DNA of 64,000 bases. Origin: Candidatus Omnitrophota bacterium (GTDB lineage Bacteria > Omnitrophota > Gorgyraeia > Zapsychrales > Fredricksoniimonadaceae). A program made the position numbers and the translations under genes. The notes below the pieces were generated by a model. It saw only the letters and a program-made list of their open reading frames with translations. It did no database searches and was not told where the DNA came from. The stretch is from NCBI GenBank assembly GCA_903901225.1, contig CAIUQE010000006.1, positions 15,369 to 79,368 of the forward strand, in the 5' to 3' direction. Each line of letters opens with the position of its first letter. Positions within the stretch are counted from its first letter, which is position 1. Shown in pieces: positions 20,656-30,557 of this stretch.

Positions 20656-21969
20656 CTATGGCCGGACGATCCGGGCCTTGATTTCTTCCACCAGCCGGTC
20701 TTTACCCACACGCGCCTGCGCGCCGGTGACCATGTCCTTGATGCTGACCTCGCCGCTCTTCATCTCTTCCTCACCGAGCACAAGAACGATCCCCGCGCCC
20801 AGCTTGTTCGCCTGTTCAAACTGTTTTTTGACCGGCCGCCCGACGCCAAAATCCATATCCGCGGCGATCCCCTGCCGGCGCAAAAGATCAACAATACCAA
20901 AAACATCGGCCGCGAATTCCGGTTTTCCGGCGACTACAAAAGCATCCAGAGAAACTTTGCCCGCGACTGACTTTCCCTGCGCTTCGAGCGCCAGAAGGAT
21001 GCGTTCGATCCCCAGCGCGAAACCTATGGCACCGACCGGTTCAGGAAAACGGCGGTCGCCGCCATCCAGCTGTTCGATCAAGCCATTATAACGGCCTCCG
21101 GCACCAAGCGCGTCCTGCGCGCCAAGCCCAGCGTAGGAAACCTCAAAGACCGTATGGGTATAATAATCCAAGCCCCGCACCAGATGGGGCGAAACTTCAT
21201 AAATGACACCCAGTTGATCCAGGCCCTGCTTCACCTGCTCGAAATACGCGCGTCCGCTGTCCGACAAATGCCGAGTCCCGATATCAAGCCCCTGGATCAG
21301 ATCCCGGCAAGCCTGGTCCTTGGAATCCAGCAAGCGAAACACATTGCGTTCATACTGCCCCTTGCACTCATCGCTCAAATGGTCGATCTTACCTTCCAGA
21401 GCAGAGCGCAACCATTGCGCGAAATTCTTCTTGTCCTCGGCGCTTCCCAAACTATTGATCTTGAGCTTAAAGTCACTGACACCGAATGCTTTAAGAAGGC
21501 TCACGCTTAAAGCTATCATCTCCGCGTCGAGCAAGGGATGATTGGCCCCGCGGCCAATGGCTTCCGCGCCGATCTGATGGAACTGGCGCAGCCGCCCTTT
21601 TTGGGGCCGTTCACCCCGGAACATCGGAGCTATATAAAAGAACTTGGAAAGGAACGCTTCGCGGCCGATGTCATACTGGTTATACGCCCGGACCACCGGC
21701 GCTGTGCCCTCGGGCCGCAACGCAAACTGGGCGTCTTCAGCAGCATTGGTGACACGCTGGCTTTTAACCTCAAGGAGCTGTTTGTTGACGACTTCCGTCG
21801 TCTCACCCAAAGACCGCTTGAACAAGCCCGTTTCTTCAAAAACAGGCGTGCGTATCTCGCTATAATTGTATGCTTTGAAAAGCGACCTGGAGATCTGTTC
21901 GATATTTTGCCATGCGGCGATCTGGTCAGGAAGGATATCGCTGGTGCCGCGGGGAGCTGATATTTTCAC
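20656..21969 (-). CDS. hisS: Histidyl-tRNA synthetase
   Basis: N-terminus MKISAPRGTSDILP, class II motifs, a HisRS-specific region and an anticodon-binding C-terminus. 437 aa. Confidence 0.9.
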   Translation of the reverse strand: MKISAPRGTSDILPDQIAAWQNIEQISRSLFKAYNYSEIRTPVFEETGLFKRSLGETTEVVNKQLLEVKSQRVTNAAEDAQFALRPEGTAPVVRAYNQYDIGREAFLSKFFYIAPMFRGERPQKGRLRQFHQIGAEAIGRGANHPLLDAEMIALSVSLLKAFGVSDFKLKINSLGSAEDKKNFAQWLRSALEGKIDHLSDECKGQYERNVFRLLDSKDQACRDLIQGLDIGTRHLSDSGRAYFEQVKQGLDQLGVIYEVSPHLVRGLDYYTHTVFEVSYAGLGAQDALGAGGRYNGLIEQLDGGDRRFPEPVGAIGFALGIERILLALEAQGKSVAGKVSLDAFVVAGKPEFAADVFGIVDLLRRQGIAADMDFGVGRPVKKQFEQANKLGAGIVLVLGEEEMKSGEVSIKDMVTGAQARVGKDRLVEEIKARIVRP

Positions 21970-21970
21970 G

Positions 21971-22243
21971 TTATTTGATCTTCTGTTTCATCTCAAGACC
22001 GGGTTTGAACACGACCACGCGCCGGGGCGGGACCGGGACACTGGCGCCGGTGCGGGGATTACGGCCAAAACGCGCGCGGCGTTCCTTGATCTTGAAAACC
22101 CCGAAATTACGTAACTCTACCTTCTCGTTACGGTTCAGGCTCTCGACAATGACATCGAACGTTTTCTGGACGATCTTTTTCACGTCGACCTGCTTGATGC
22201 CGGTCATGTCCGTGATCTTGAGAACAATATCCTTTTTCGTCAT
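21971..22243 (-). CDS. hup: HU/IHF family nucleoid-associated DNA-binding protein
   Basis: 90 aa from MTKKDIVLKI. Conserved arm RNPRTG and FKPG motifs. The track ORF has 14 extra upstream codons. Confidence 0.85.
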   Translation of the reverse strand: MTKKDIVLKITDMTGIKQVDVKKIVQKTFDVIVESLNRNEKVELRNFGVFKIKERRARFGRNPRTGASVPVPPRRVVVFKPGLEMKQKIK

Positions 22244-22370
22244 AAGGCAAAACCTCCTCAAATTTTGTAACCATCGTACCAACAAGGCTTTAGAAAGTCA
22301 ACTATTATAAAAGACACCTGATCAGTAACGCTTCGGCAAAGATTTCGTGATCTAAAAACTCTATCAACTT

Positions 22371-25300
22371 TTACTTAACCATCAGAAATCCTTGCAAATC
22401 AACCAAAGGAACACTCGAAACAAGGACCGGCTCAAGTCCAAAAAGCCTTTCCTGAAAAACCGTGACTACGGCATCATTGACCTCAAACGACACCGCGCCG
22501 CTCGCGGCATCAACATGCAGATCGATCTTTTGAAGGTCAATACCGCCATAACTCTCCGCATTATCCTGACCCTGCTCAACTTTCGTGAATGTGACCGTCG
22601 AAGATTGACTGCCAAGACTCTGTCCCCATGCTTCATCGCCATGAGCTACAAAAATCTGTTTGAGACGACTTACCCCTTGAGGAATAACCAACGCCACTTC
22701 GACCTTATTATTCACAACATTCACTGTTTTCTTGATCCTGGGATTATCGTCTGGATTTTCATCGTCCACCAGCAAACCTACCAACACTTTTTGGGCACCA
22801 TATACCGTTAATGATACCCTGATCTTTTGACCAGCTACAACAGGAATGCCCTTGTTCATATCCAGATCAAGATAGGAAGATTTCCAATTACTCCCCGAGG
22901 CTAACCCAGGATCCCTCCCACTCAACAGATCCTGATCGCTCACATTGCCGCCCTTTGTTGGCACGGCCAACAACCGATCACTCGCAGGTGTTTCTTGCAC
23001 TGTTCCTATGTCGCCTTGTGTGACAACTTGGGTGACAACAGAATATTCTTTCCCCAGAACCGCATTGTTAATAAAATCAGCTGCCCCCTTCGTATCAATA
23101 CCAATGGCGTCATAAGCAGCTCCGTAATTCTCACCCGTAAACGGATTAACGCGCAGAATAGGATAGAGGACCCAAGAACCAATCGTGCTGCCGCGTACAA
23201 CACCAGAAGGAAACGGTGTCTTCCATCCGTGACCGGTTTGAATGCCGGCTTCAGTGGCATAATAAGCGATCAACCCATCCCCATTCTGAAGTTTTCCAAA
23301 CGCGCTTTTAGCTTGTTTTAAAAGTTCTTCCGCGACGCCCTTATATAATTTAGCCGTTGACTCATCACCTGATGCCGCACAACGAATGGCAGCTTTCTGT
23401 ACTGCCATGATGACACCGCCTGTCCACTCCACGGTTCCCAGCGGATGAACACCTCCCCGTTGGGACGTCGCGAACGAAGAAAGAGGATCCGTAAAATCCA
23501 CCAGGGTTATGGTTTTCACTTCGCCACCCGGGATTGGAGCCGTCACACGCACTAGCGACTTGTTGAGCAACTTGTTGATCTCAGCCTTGAGTTGCGGTAG
23601 CGGCAACTCGTCTCCTACCCGACCCAATAAGGTCCAGGAATATGCATCCGTGGCGAAACTGCCCGGTGAATCATTGGCGCCGCGCAAAATAACGCCGGTT
23701 GAAGGGTTATAAAGATTATTGTAAAAATACGTTTTCCCCTTATCCGCCGCTTGCTTCCATTTTGGATCGCCATACGCTTTGTACAACGCGTAAAATAATG
23801 CCACGGCATCCATGTGCGGTTCCGTAATCACAAGCCCCGGACTCCGATCACCGTCCGTTACACCTCCCTCCGCATTCTGAAGCGACAAAAGAAGATCGCC
23901 CATGGCCAGCGCTAATGGCTGATATTTCTTCGCATCAACGTTCAAGGCCGACAAACCGATCCAGGCGTTGGGTCCCGGTGTCACCTGATACTCAAGCCCC
24001 GCCATACCTGTATTAATATTGACACCATTCATGAATCCCACTAATCCGTTGATGGGCTTGGCAAGGTTAGGATTAGACAAGCCGTTCATAAAGAAATCCA
24101 TAACTGTCCTGGCATAAGCGTCTTCTCCGGCATACTTGAAAGCACCCGCCTCAACGGCCAGATCATACGCATAAGCAATATTCTCCAATTGCGGCATGCC
24201 GACATGGCTCGGAATAAGCCTGGTATTCGGATCTTCCAGTGATTCCATTGCCCGGATAGCTTGCTTATTAAAATCACCCGCATTAACATCCTTCGCTACC
24301 TGCGTACAGCCCGAGGAAGTCAAAAAGACAGAAAGAACAACTAAAAATGAGATTTTCCGTACAAAACCAATACCGGCATCCAGTAACTTCTTCTGAAAAG
24401 CCCGTGTACCCGTTAATGTTGAAATGCCGGGTCCGATGGGAGAAGCATCAATAGTTTCAATGACCAATCCTGTATCAGGTGCCTTGACTGACTGCTTCCC
24501 GTCGATTTCTAGTTTGGGATGGATCGCCATACCGCCGGCAAAATACTTGCGGGGGATCGCCTCGCCAGTATACTGGTCTTTATCTTCCCGGATATAGTTG
24601 TAAACTCCCCGCTTGAAAGCTTCGACATAATTGTTATAAATATTTTCAACAGCCGCCGGATCACCATGCAACACACCTTCGATCTTGTTCTGGTCGGCAT
24701 AAGCACGTGCCAGCAGAGAATCCTTCAACCTTGTTTTGTACCATGTGGCCAGAATAAGCGCCCGATGGATCTGTCGCAGCGGTGCAAACTGGGCGCCTTC
24801 ATTCACTTCTTTCCTGATGACTGGAAGGATCGTCTGGCGCATGGTCTCGCGGGACATTTCCTGCGCTGGAGTACTGCCAGTGGATTGGCCATTCGCCTCC
24901 ATGAGCGCATGGTCACTGTCCAGCATGACATCCAATGAATCTTCCGTAATATAGACAGCACCGCCGTTCTCATAGACCTTGGCTTTCTTTGAAACGATCC
25001 ACACTTTGCTGAAAACATCCGTAGGAATATCAGTTGTACCAAAAAGATCGTACGCCCTTTCATAAACATTTTTCCAGAACACCTTACCCGTTTCGCCTTC
25101 CGGATATATCAAGGAAGATGAAACCTGCTTGAGAATATAGTCCTGCGATAATAACTCGCGGCCCATTTGCGTCCGCCCAAAATCCGGCATAACAATACGA
25201 TCATGCTCCAGAGGAGAAAGATTGACCCACATTTCATTCTCAGGGGTCGTCAGCGCCGCAAAAAAATACCGCACCAGATGATCGACCTCTTCTTGGCCAA

Positions 25301-25535
25301 CCACTTTGGACTCTCCAGGAGACAAAAGAAATTGGAAACGGAAAGGCTCTTTAGGATCGACCTTGAGACCCTGCAAACTTGCCGGGGTCATCGGCTGACT
25401 TAGTCCAACCATATTACCTGGCTCAGGCATCGGCGTCACTTGGGCCGCCCACTGGGCAAAGCCGGCCCCGGCAGTATTCAAAAGGAACGCGCACGCCACC
25501 AGCATGCTCACAATTTTCTTAAACAACTTGCCCAT
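22371..25535 (-). CDS. Modular envelope protein: signal peptide, conserved N-module, hydrophobic segment, (alpha/alpha)6 glycoside-hydrolase-like domain, beta-sandwich region, conserved C-terminal GGIDL module (paralog B)
   Basis: About 1054 aa from MGKLFKKIVSMLVACAFLLNTAGAGFA; the track ORF extends to 25583. N-module WVNLSPLEHDRIV...MGRELLSQDYILKQ...NEGAQFAPLRQ...PRKYFAGG. Central GH-like region with ITEPHMD and SFATDAYSW, reminiscent of GH8-like toroid folds (low certainty). C-terminus GGIDLQKIDL...GLEPVLVSSVPLVDLQGFLM. GC content is lower than the flanking genes. Confidence 0.78.
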   Translation of the reverse strand: MGKLFKKIVSMLVACAFLLNTAGAGFAQWAAQVTPMPEPGNMVGLSQPMTPASLQGLKVDPKEPFRFQFLLSPGESKVVGQEEVDHLVRYFFAALTTPENEMWVNLSPLEHDRIVMPDFGRTQMGRELLSQDYILKQVSSSLIYPEGETGKVFWKNVYERAYDLFGTTDIPTDVFSKVWIVSKKAKVYENGGAVYITEDSLDVMLDSDHALMEANGQSTGSTPAQEMSRETMRQTILPVIRKEVNEGAQFAPLRQIHRALILATWYKTRLKDSLLARAYADQNKIEGVLHGDPAAVENIYNNYVEAFKRGVYNYIREDKDQYTGEAIPRKYFAGGMAIHPKLEIDGKQSVKAPDTGLVIETIDASPIGPGISTLTGTRAFQKKLLDAGIGFVRKISFLVVLSVFLTSSGCTQVAKDVNAGDFNKQAIRAMESLEDPNTRLIPSHVGMPQLENIAYAYDLAVEAGAFKYAGEDAYARTVMDFFMNGLSNPNLAKPINGLVGFMNGVNINTGMAGLEYQVTPGPNAWIGLSALNVDAKKYQPLALAMGDLLLSLQNAEGGVTDGDRSPGLVITEPHMDAVALFYALYKAYGDPKWKQAADKGKTYFYNNLYNPSTGVILRGANDSPGSFATDAYSWTLLGRVGDELPLPQLKAEINKLLNKSLVRVTAPIPGGEVKTITLVDFTDPLSSFATSQRGGVHPLGTVEWTGGVIMAVQKAAIRCAASGDESTAKLYKGVAEELLKQAKSAFGKLQNGDGLIAYYATEAGIQTGHGWKTPFPSGVVRGSTIGSWVLYPILRVNPFTGENYGAAYDAIGIDTKGAADFINNAVLGKEYSVVTQVVTQGDIGTVQETPASDRLLAVPTKGGNVSDQDLLSGRDPGLASGSNWKSSYLDLDMNKGIPVVAGQKIRVSLTVYGAQKVLVGLLVDDENPDDNPRIKKTVNVVNNKVEVALVIPQGVSRLKQIFVAHGDEAWGQSLGSQSSTVTFTKVEQGQDNAESYGGIDLQKIDLHVDAASGAVSFEVNDAVVTVFQERLFGLEPVLVSSVPLVDLQGFLMVK

Positions 25536-25763
25536 AGGAACCTCTCTTTGATAGCTTGACGTCACCAGTGCAAAGTATGCCACATATACCTTACTGCACG
25601 CAACTTTTTCAAAAAAGCTGAATGAAAGCTGAATTGACTCAAAAAAATAATTCCCATGGAAAATGGCCTCGTGAACTTTTTATACCCGCCTTATAAATCT
25701 ATTGCCGCAATGATCACATCCCGTTTTTTATGAAAAATCAAATTAAGTTCTCAGCTAGCATCT

Positions 25764-28748
25764 TTATTGATTAAACCCTAATAAAACAGGATCTGCCGAC
25801 TTGATCGCCAATATCACCGGAACAAGGCCGCTGATATGAATACGATCAAAATTTTGTTGGTTTACCGGCAACGGCACCCCATCCCCATCGCGCTTAATTT
25901 GCAAATCGAGATTGGCCTGAGACATATCAATACCACCGGGAGTAAGCTTTGCCCCATCACGAACAACCGGCATCATGTTCTGCGCAAAGTCAGCCAATGT
26001 TTCTTTAGCCAGCCTTGAAATCACTTGATCCGGCTCGCGGTCTGACTTTTTCAATGACTTTACAATATAAAATTTCATTGCATCATAAACTCCGGCGAAT
26101 CTCGCTGGCATAACAACACCTGTATAAACCAACCCCTGTAAGAATAACCATTTTGTCACTTTAAAAGCCTCGCGTTCCTCCCGCACACTCTTAACTGACA
26201 AACTCATTCCCACATTAACCGCTAGCCATAAGAAATAATTAGTGACCATAGCATTAAATGAAAACGCTTCAGAAGGCTTAATTGGCAGGCTTAATGTGAG
26301 GAAGACATATGCCATGAAATTAATTGCTGTCTGTAATGCCAAGATGTTGGGTGAATGAAACTGCTTCATATAAAATCCAAACTTGTCCACAAACACTTTT
26401 AACGTCCCCCGTTCCCATCTACGGCGCTGTTTAAACAATTCTTTAACAGTATTTGGAACCGTTGTTTGAACTTTTAACCCTGTGTAATATCCAACACGAT
26501 AGTTCTCTTCCATCAACTTGACAGTGATCAACAGATCACCCGTCTCAAAATCCGGCACCATATTCCGCAATGCATGAAGCAACACATCAGCGCGAAACAT
26601 CCCTGCAGGGCCATTGATAACCCACAATTTCCCCTGCTTAGCGGAAACACGATTCCAAAATCTCGTCCCAATATATTCAGCATACTGAGCTTTTTGTAAA
26701 ATAGATGGCTTCTCAGGTAGCAATGGTTCCATCCTAAACGTCATCCCCGCAATACCCTTGTCCTGCATATACGCCGAAGCCTGAGATATCATTTCCTGCA
26801 AAGACAATCCCGGCTTAACTAGGTTAAGATATGAATCAGAGTCAAGCAAGATGACCTTTTCTGGTAAACGCCCCTCCCGACTTAACATTTCTAGCACTTC
26901 ACGAATCGCACCTTCTTTCTTCTTATTCTCTCGCAAATGCATGACCTCGATTCCATCAGAGGCAACCCATCTATCTAATATCTCTTTTGAATTATCTGTG
27001 GAGGCATCATTTACAAAGGTAATTTTATGCAAATACCCTAATGATTTTATCCTAGTTAAAATTTCATCCAGCTTATTACCTTCATTGAACACCGGCACCA
27101 CGATATGGTAATTAGCTGGTAATGCATTCGGATAATAGGGAACATCTAAATTGACTGAATCCATGCCTTCAATATATTTAGAATCTCTTTCCAACTGCTG
27201 TGCAAGGTCAACGTTTAATGACTCACCAATTTCATGAAAAAGTAATAACTTCAGCATCTCATCCTGAAAAGACCTTGCTAACTCAGAAGCATCCTTATCC
27301 TGACCAATATCTTCTGACAACGGAACCAATAATTGCGCAGGAATTTCTATTACTTGTGGCTTCTTAACAATGGCCCCCTGCAAAGGGTTCACAACTTCGA
27401 TACCAGTAACTTTCTCCAAATCAATACCAGGCTGTTCTTTAAGCAACTCACCAAACGCTGCAGCAATAGACGGTCTAATGCCTTCAGATGACAATCGATG
27501 AACCTCTCCATTATACTGAAAGGATTCCGGATATTTAACTTCCAGTGCTTTCTCAACACCATTCTTTGTTGGTAGATTTATCATCAATCGATCTGGAGTC
27601 CTTCCGTACCCAGCGTCAACCATTACAACGGAAACATTATCCGCCTTCGCCATATCATTCTTTCCATCTACCGGAATACGATCAATTACACTCAATATCG
27701 ATGCATCACTTCCTAAAGCCTTGCCAACCCCAATCATACCGCCCGCGAAATACTTGCGTGGAATAGTCTCTTGCGTGTATCGGTCAACATCATCTTTAAT
27801 CATGTTGAAAACACCCATTTTAAATGCCTTAACATATTCCTCATATATGCGCTGATTATTTTTTGGATCCTGATCCACTCCCTTGACCTTACTCTTATCT
27901 GCATACAATTTACCCAGGATCGATTCTTTAAGAGCACGTTTATACCATGTTGCCAGAAGCATGCCACTGTAGACCTGACGCAATGGGGCAAAGTTACGGC
28001 CAGTATTCACTTCCTTTTCAATCTCTGGAATAATCACCCCGCGCATAACATCGTTAAAAATCTTTGCTGTCTCATTATCAGCCTGCGGGCTATCGTGCGT
28101 CTCATTGGCCTTCATTGCCTTATAATCACTTTCAAGCATAACCTTTAGATGATTCTCAATCACAAAAGCCTTGTTCCCTTTTTCATAGATCACAGCTCTA
28201 TCTGGCGTGATCCATACTTTATTGAACGTATCAGTCGGAATATCGGTTGTGCCAAATTTCTCATACGCTTTTGCATATACATCATCCCAAAACTTCCTGC
28301 CTAGATCCGTATCAGGATTACTTAGCGAAGCCGAAATCTGTTTAAGTAAATAATCCTGCGCCAAAAGATCGCGACCCATTTCAGTAAGGCCAAAGTTATC
28401 CGGCAATATACGATCATGTTCATACGGCGAAAGGTTCACCCACTGATCAGTGTCCGGCACCGCTAGTGCGGCCAGAAAATATTTGATAAGTTTTGAATAT
28501 TCTTCCTGTTTTTTATTCTCAGATAACAGATCATCACCACGATAAATAATAAAATCGAACTTGAAAGGATCCCCTGGATTAATAACCATGCCCTTCAAAT
28601 AGGCAGGAGTGAATAAAGAAGTCAACCCTACTGCAACCCCTGGCTGTGGCATCCACGGCATCTCAGAAGCCAGAGCTACAGGAACTCCTGGAAATAGTAA
28701 GGTTGGCAATAAAAGCACACTTGCTATCAATCGTTTTATTGCTTTCAT
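25764..28748 (-). CDS. Modular protein: signal-peptide-like N-terminus, conserved N-module, processive family-2 glycosyltransferase (cellulose-synthase/PgaC-like), C-terminal TM helices, conserved C-terminal GGIDM module (paralog C)
   Basis: 994 aa. N-terminal MKAIKRLIASVLLLPTLLFPGVPVALA, then [13 protein letters not shown]...[14 protein letters not shown]...TGRNFAPLRQ...PRKYFAGG. GT2-A region HIVVPVFNEGNK...FVNDASTDNS...LLDSDSY...NGPAGMFR...KQRRRWERG (the Q(Q/R)xRW motif), followed by three or more transmembrane helices. C-terminus GGIDMSQANL...GLVPVILAIKSADPVLLGF. Lowest GC in the window. Confidence 0.82.
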   Translation of the reverse strand: MKAIKRLIASVLLLPTLLFPGVPVALASEMPWMPQPGVAVGLTSLFTPAYLKGMVINPGDPFKFDFIIYRGDDLLSENKKQEEYSKLIKYFLAALAVPDTDQWVNLSPYEHDRILPDNFGLTEMGRDLLAQDYLLKQISASLSNPDTDLGRKFWDDVYAKAYEKFGTTDIPTDTFNKVWITPDRAVIYEKGNKAFVIENHLKVMLESDYKAMKANETHDSPQADNETAKIFNDVMRGVIIPEIEKEVNTGRNFAPLRQVYSGMLLATWYKRALKESILGKLYADKSKVKGVDQDPKNNQRIYEEYVKAFKMGVFNMIKDDVDRYTQETIPRKYFAGGMIGVGKALGSDASILSVIDRIPVDGKNDMAKADNVSVVMVDAGYGRTPDRLMINLPTKNGVEKALEVKYPESFQYNGEVHRLSSEGIRPSIAAAFGELLKEQPGIDLEKVTGIEVVNPLQGAIVKKPQVIEIPAQLLVPLSEDIGQDKDASELARSFQDEMLKLLLFHEIGESLNVDLAQQLERDSKYIEGMDSVNLDVPYYPNALPANYHIVVPVFNEGNKLDEILTRIKSLGYLHKITFVNDASTDNSKEILDRWVASDGIEVMHLRENKKKEGAIREVLEMLSREGRLPEKVILLDSDSYLNLVKPGLSLQEMISQASAYMQDKGIAGMTFRMEPLLPEKPSILQKAQYAEYIGTRFWNRVSAKQGKLWVINGPAGMFRADVLLHALRNMVPDFETGDLLITVKLMEENYRVGYYTGLKVQTTVPNTVKELFKQRRRWERGTLKVFVDKFGFYMKQFHSPNILALQTAINFMAYVFLTLSLPIKPSEAFSFNAMVTNYFLWLAVNVGMSLSVKSVREEREAFKVTKWLFLQGLVYTGVVMPARFAGVYDAMKFYIVKSLKKSDREPDQVISRLAKETLADFAQNMMPVVRDGAKLTPGGIDMSQANLDLQIKRDGDGVPLPVNQQNFDRIHISGLVPVILAIKSADPVLLGFNQ

Positions 28749-28938
28749 GATTCCTCGTTACTTAATAGTAAGTGCTATTTTCTGCCGTTCAACTGTGAAT
28801 AAAGACCACAACCCACCTTTATAAGTATGTACTCTATATACAAGAAAACAAGATGCCAGCGCCCAAACCGGGAAAACGCTTTCTTGCCTGCAGATTTAAC
28901 GAATATTTGGAGGATGCCCTTGAACCAGGGCGCTTAAA

Positions 28939-29028
28939 CCCGGATTTTTCATTAGAAAAATCCGCCCCGTGAATTCACCTGCTCCAAATCGTTTTGAGAA
29001 GGTGAATTCAGGTCGCGTGGCAAATCCG
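28939..29028. repeat. Left terminal inverted repeat of the cassette
   Basis: Reverse complement matches 30558-30647 with only a few mismatches or indels. Confidence 0.75.
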
Positions 29029-29163
29029 ACGAGGATTTGCCAGCTTTGCGAGGTAATCCTGGACTTTTGCCTGTCCTGGGCTGACGCACCCGACAGGCCA
29101 GGGCACGCACTTTTTAGTGCACAGTATTCTCGACGCTATTTTGAGAAGCGTGCAAAATCCGGG

Positions 29164-30420
29164 TTAAAACAATTTCGGGATCAAATGAGCAAAATAATGC
29201 GGCGCGAACAATACCTTACGGCCATCAAACTGAACCGTTTGAAAAATGTCATTATTCAACACAACAGCCTTGCGAGAATCCGGATACTGCTGCAAGAAAA
29301 CCCGTATGCCTTGTGGAACAACAGCCTCTGTCAATTTCGACTTGACCTCAACGGCTATCGGCGTCCTGTCCTGAACAAGGATAAAATCAACCTCTTCCTT
29401 GCGCCGCGTCCGCCAGTAATAAATATCCTGTCCAACTCCCAAATTCTTCTGCATCTCAGCCAAAACAAACGATTCCCACAACTCTCCCTTGTCACCCCGA
29501 TCCTGCATTGGCCTGAAATCCCTCAAAACGGCGTTGCGAACACCCGTATCGAAATAATACGTCTTGTTCATCTGCTTCAACTCACGCCCGCGATTATTAA
29601 AAAATGGCTTAAGCACACTCAAAAAAAACATTTGCTGAAGGATCGCAAGATCGTTACGGACCTGTCTGAGAGAATAATTTAAATCCTGCGACAACCCGAT
29701 CTCGCTCAATATTCCGCCCTCCTGCGCTGCCAAAAGAGATAACAAACGGTTAAACGACAAAATGTCCTCTTCTCTGAGGAGTGCCTTTATATCTTTCTGA
29801 ATATAAGTTTCAACCAGATCCAGTAAAAGACGCTTCTTGTCGTCTGCCGTCTTCTCATGAACCAGTCCGGGCATGCCGCCAAAGACCACGAACTCGTTCA
29901 AAAGGCCCCGAAGGATCCCATGTGCCCGCCGGGACACAACCGGGCCCCACGCGTCCGGCAGTGCGGCTTTAGACCGGCTTGGCAACCACTCTTTAAAAGA
30001 CAAAGGGAATACCCTGTATAAAAGCCGCCTTCCAGCCATGCTCTCTTTCAGGTGCTTATGCCTCTCGATCGCTGAAGAACCGGATGCGTAAACACGAACC
30101 GCGGGATACTCATCAAAAATGACCTTGAAGAGTTTGGTCGCATTGGGCAGATAATGGAACTCATCGATAAAAACAACCTGTGCTCTGGACGTCAACTCCT
30201 CAAGAACAACCTTCATCGGCCTGGCAAAATATTCCGCGTGCGCCGGGACTTCAAGATTGTAATAAACGTACGGGATATTCCTGTCAACGCAGAGCTTGGC
30301 GATCGTCTTAAGAATGGTGGTCTTGCCGACCTGGCGGGGACCGATAACAACACGCGTCTCGTTACGGTCAAAGTCCTTTGCAAGCCGATCCAGGATATTT
30401 CTTTTAAGTTTCATGCTCAT
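29164..30420 (-). CDS. AAA+ ATPase (AAA_14 + DUF4143-type ATP-binding protein)
   Basis: 418 aa. Walker A GPRQVGKTT, Walker B VVFIDEFHY, and a C-terminal DUF4143-like region. GC is lower than the core genome. This is the sole gene between the TIRs. Confidence 0.8.
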   Translation of the reverse strand: MSMKLKRNILDRLAKDFDRNETRVVIGPRQVGKTTILKTIAKLCVDRNIPYVYYNLEVPAHAEYFARPMKVVLEELTSRAQVVFIDEFHYLPNATKLFKVIFDEYPAVRVYASGSSAIERHKHLKESMAGRRLLYRVFPLSFKEWLPSRSKAALPDAWGPVVSRRAHGILRGLLNEFVVFGGMPGLVHEKTADDKKRLLLDLVETYIQKDIKALLREEDILSFNRLLSLLAAQEGGILSEIGLSQDLNYSLRQVRNDLAILQQMFFLSVLKPFFNNRGRELKQMNKTYYFDTGVRNAVLRDFRPMQDRGDKGELWESFVLAEMQKNLGVGQDIYYWRTRRKEEVDFILVQDRTPIAVEVKSKLTEAVVPQGIRVFLQQYPDSRKAVVLNNDIFQTVQFDGRKVLFAPHYFAHLIPKLF

Positions 30421-30557
30421 ACTTTAGGCTACATCGACGAAGATGTCAATGGAATCATGGACAATCTATACACTACTGAATAGATTGTCCACAACACGCC
30501 TGCCATCCGAACCAGGCATTGCGCTTTCAAATCCGCCAACAACGAAGGCTGTTAATC

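Noticed and set aside
28969-29682. 237-aa plus-strand ORF starting inside the left TIR
   Set aside because: It begins within the inverted repeat and runs antisense to the well-supported AAA+ ATPase gene. No motifs.
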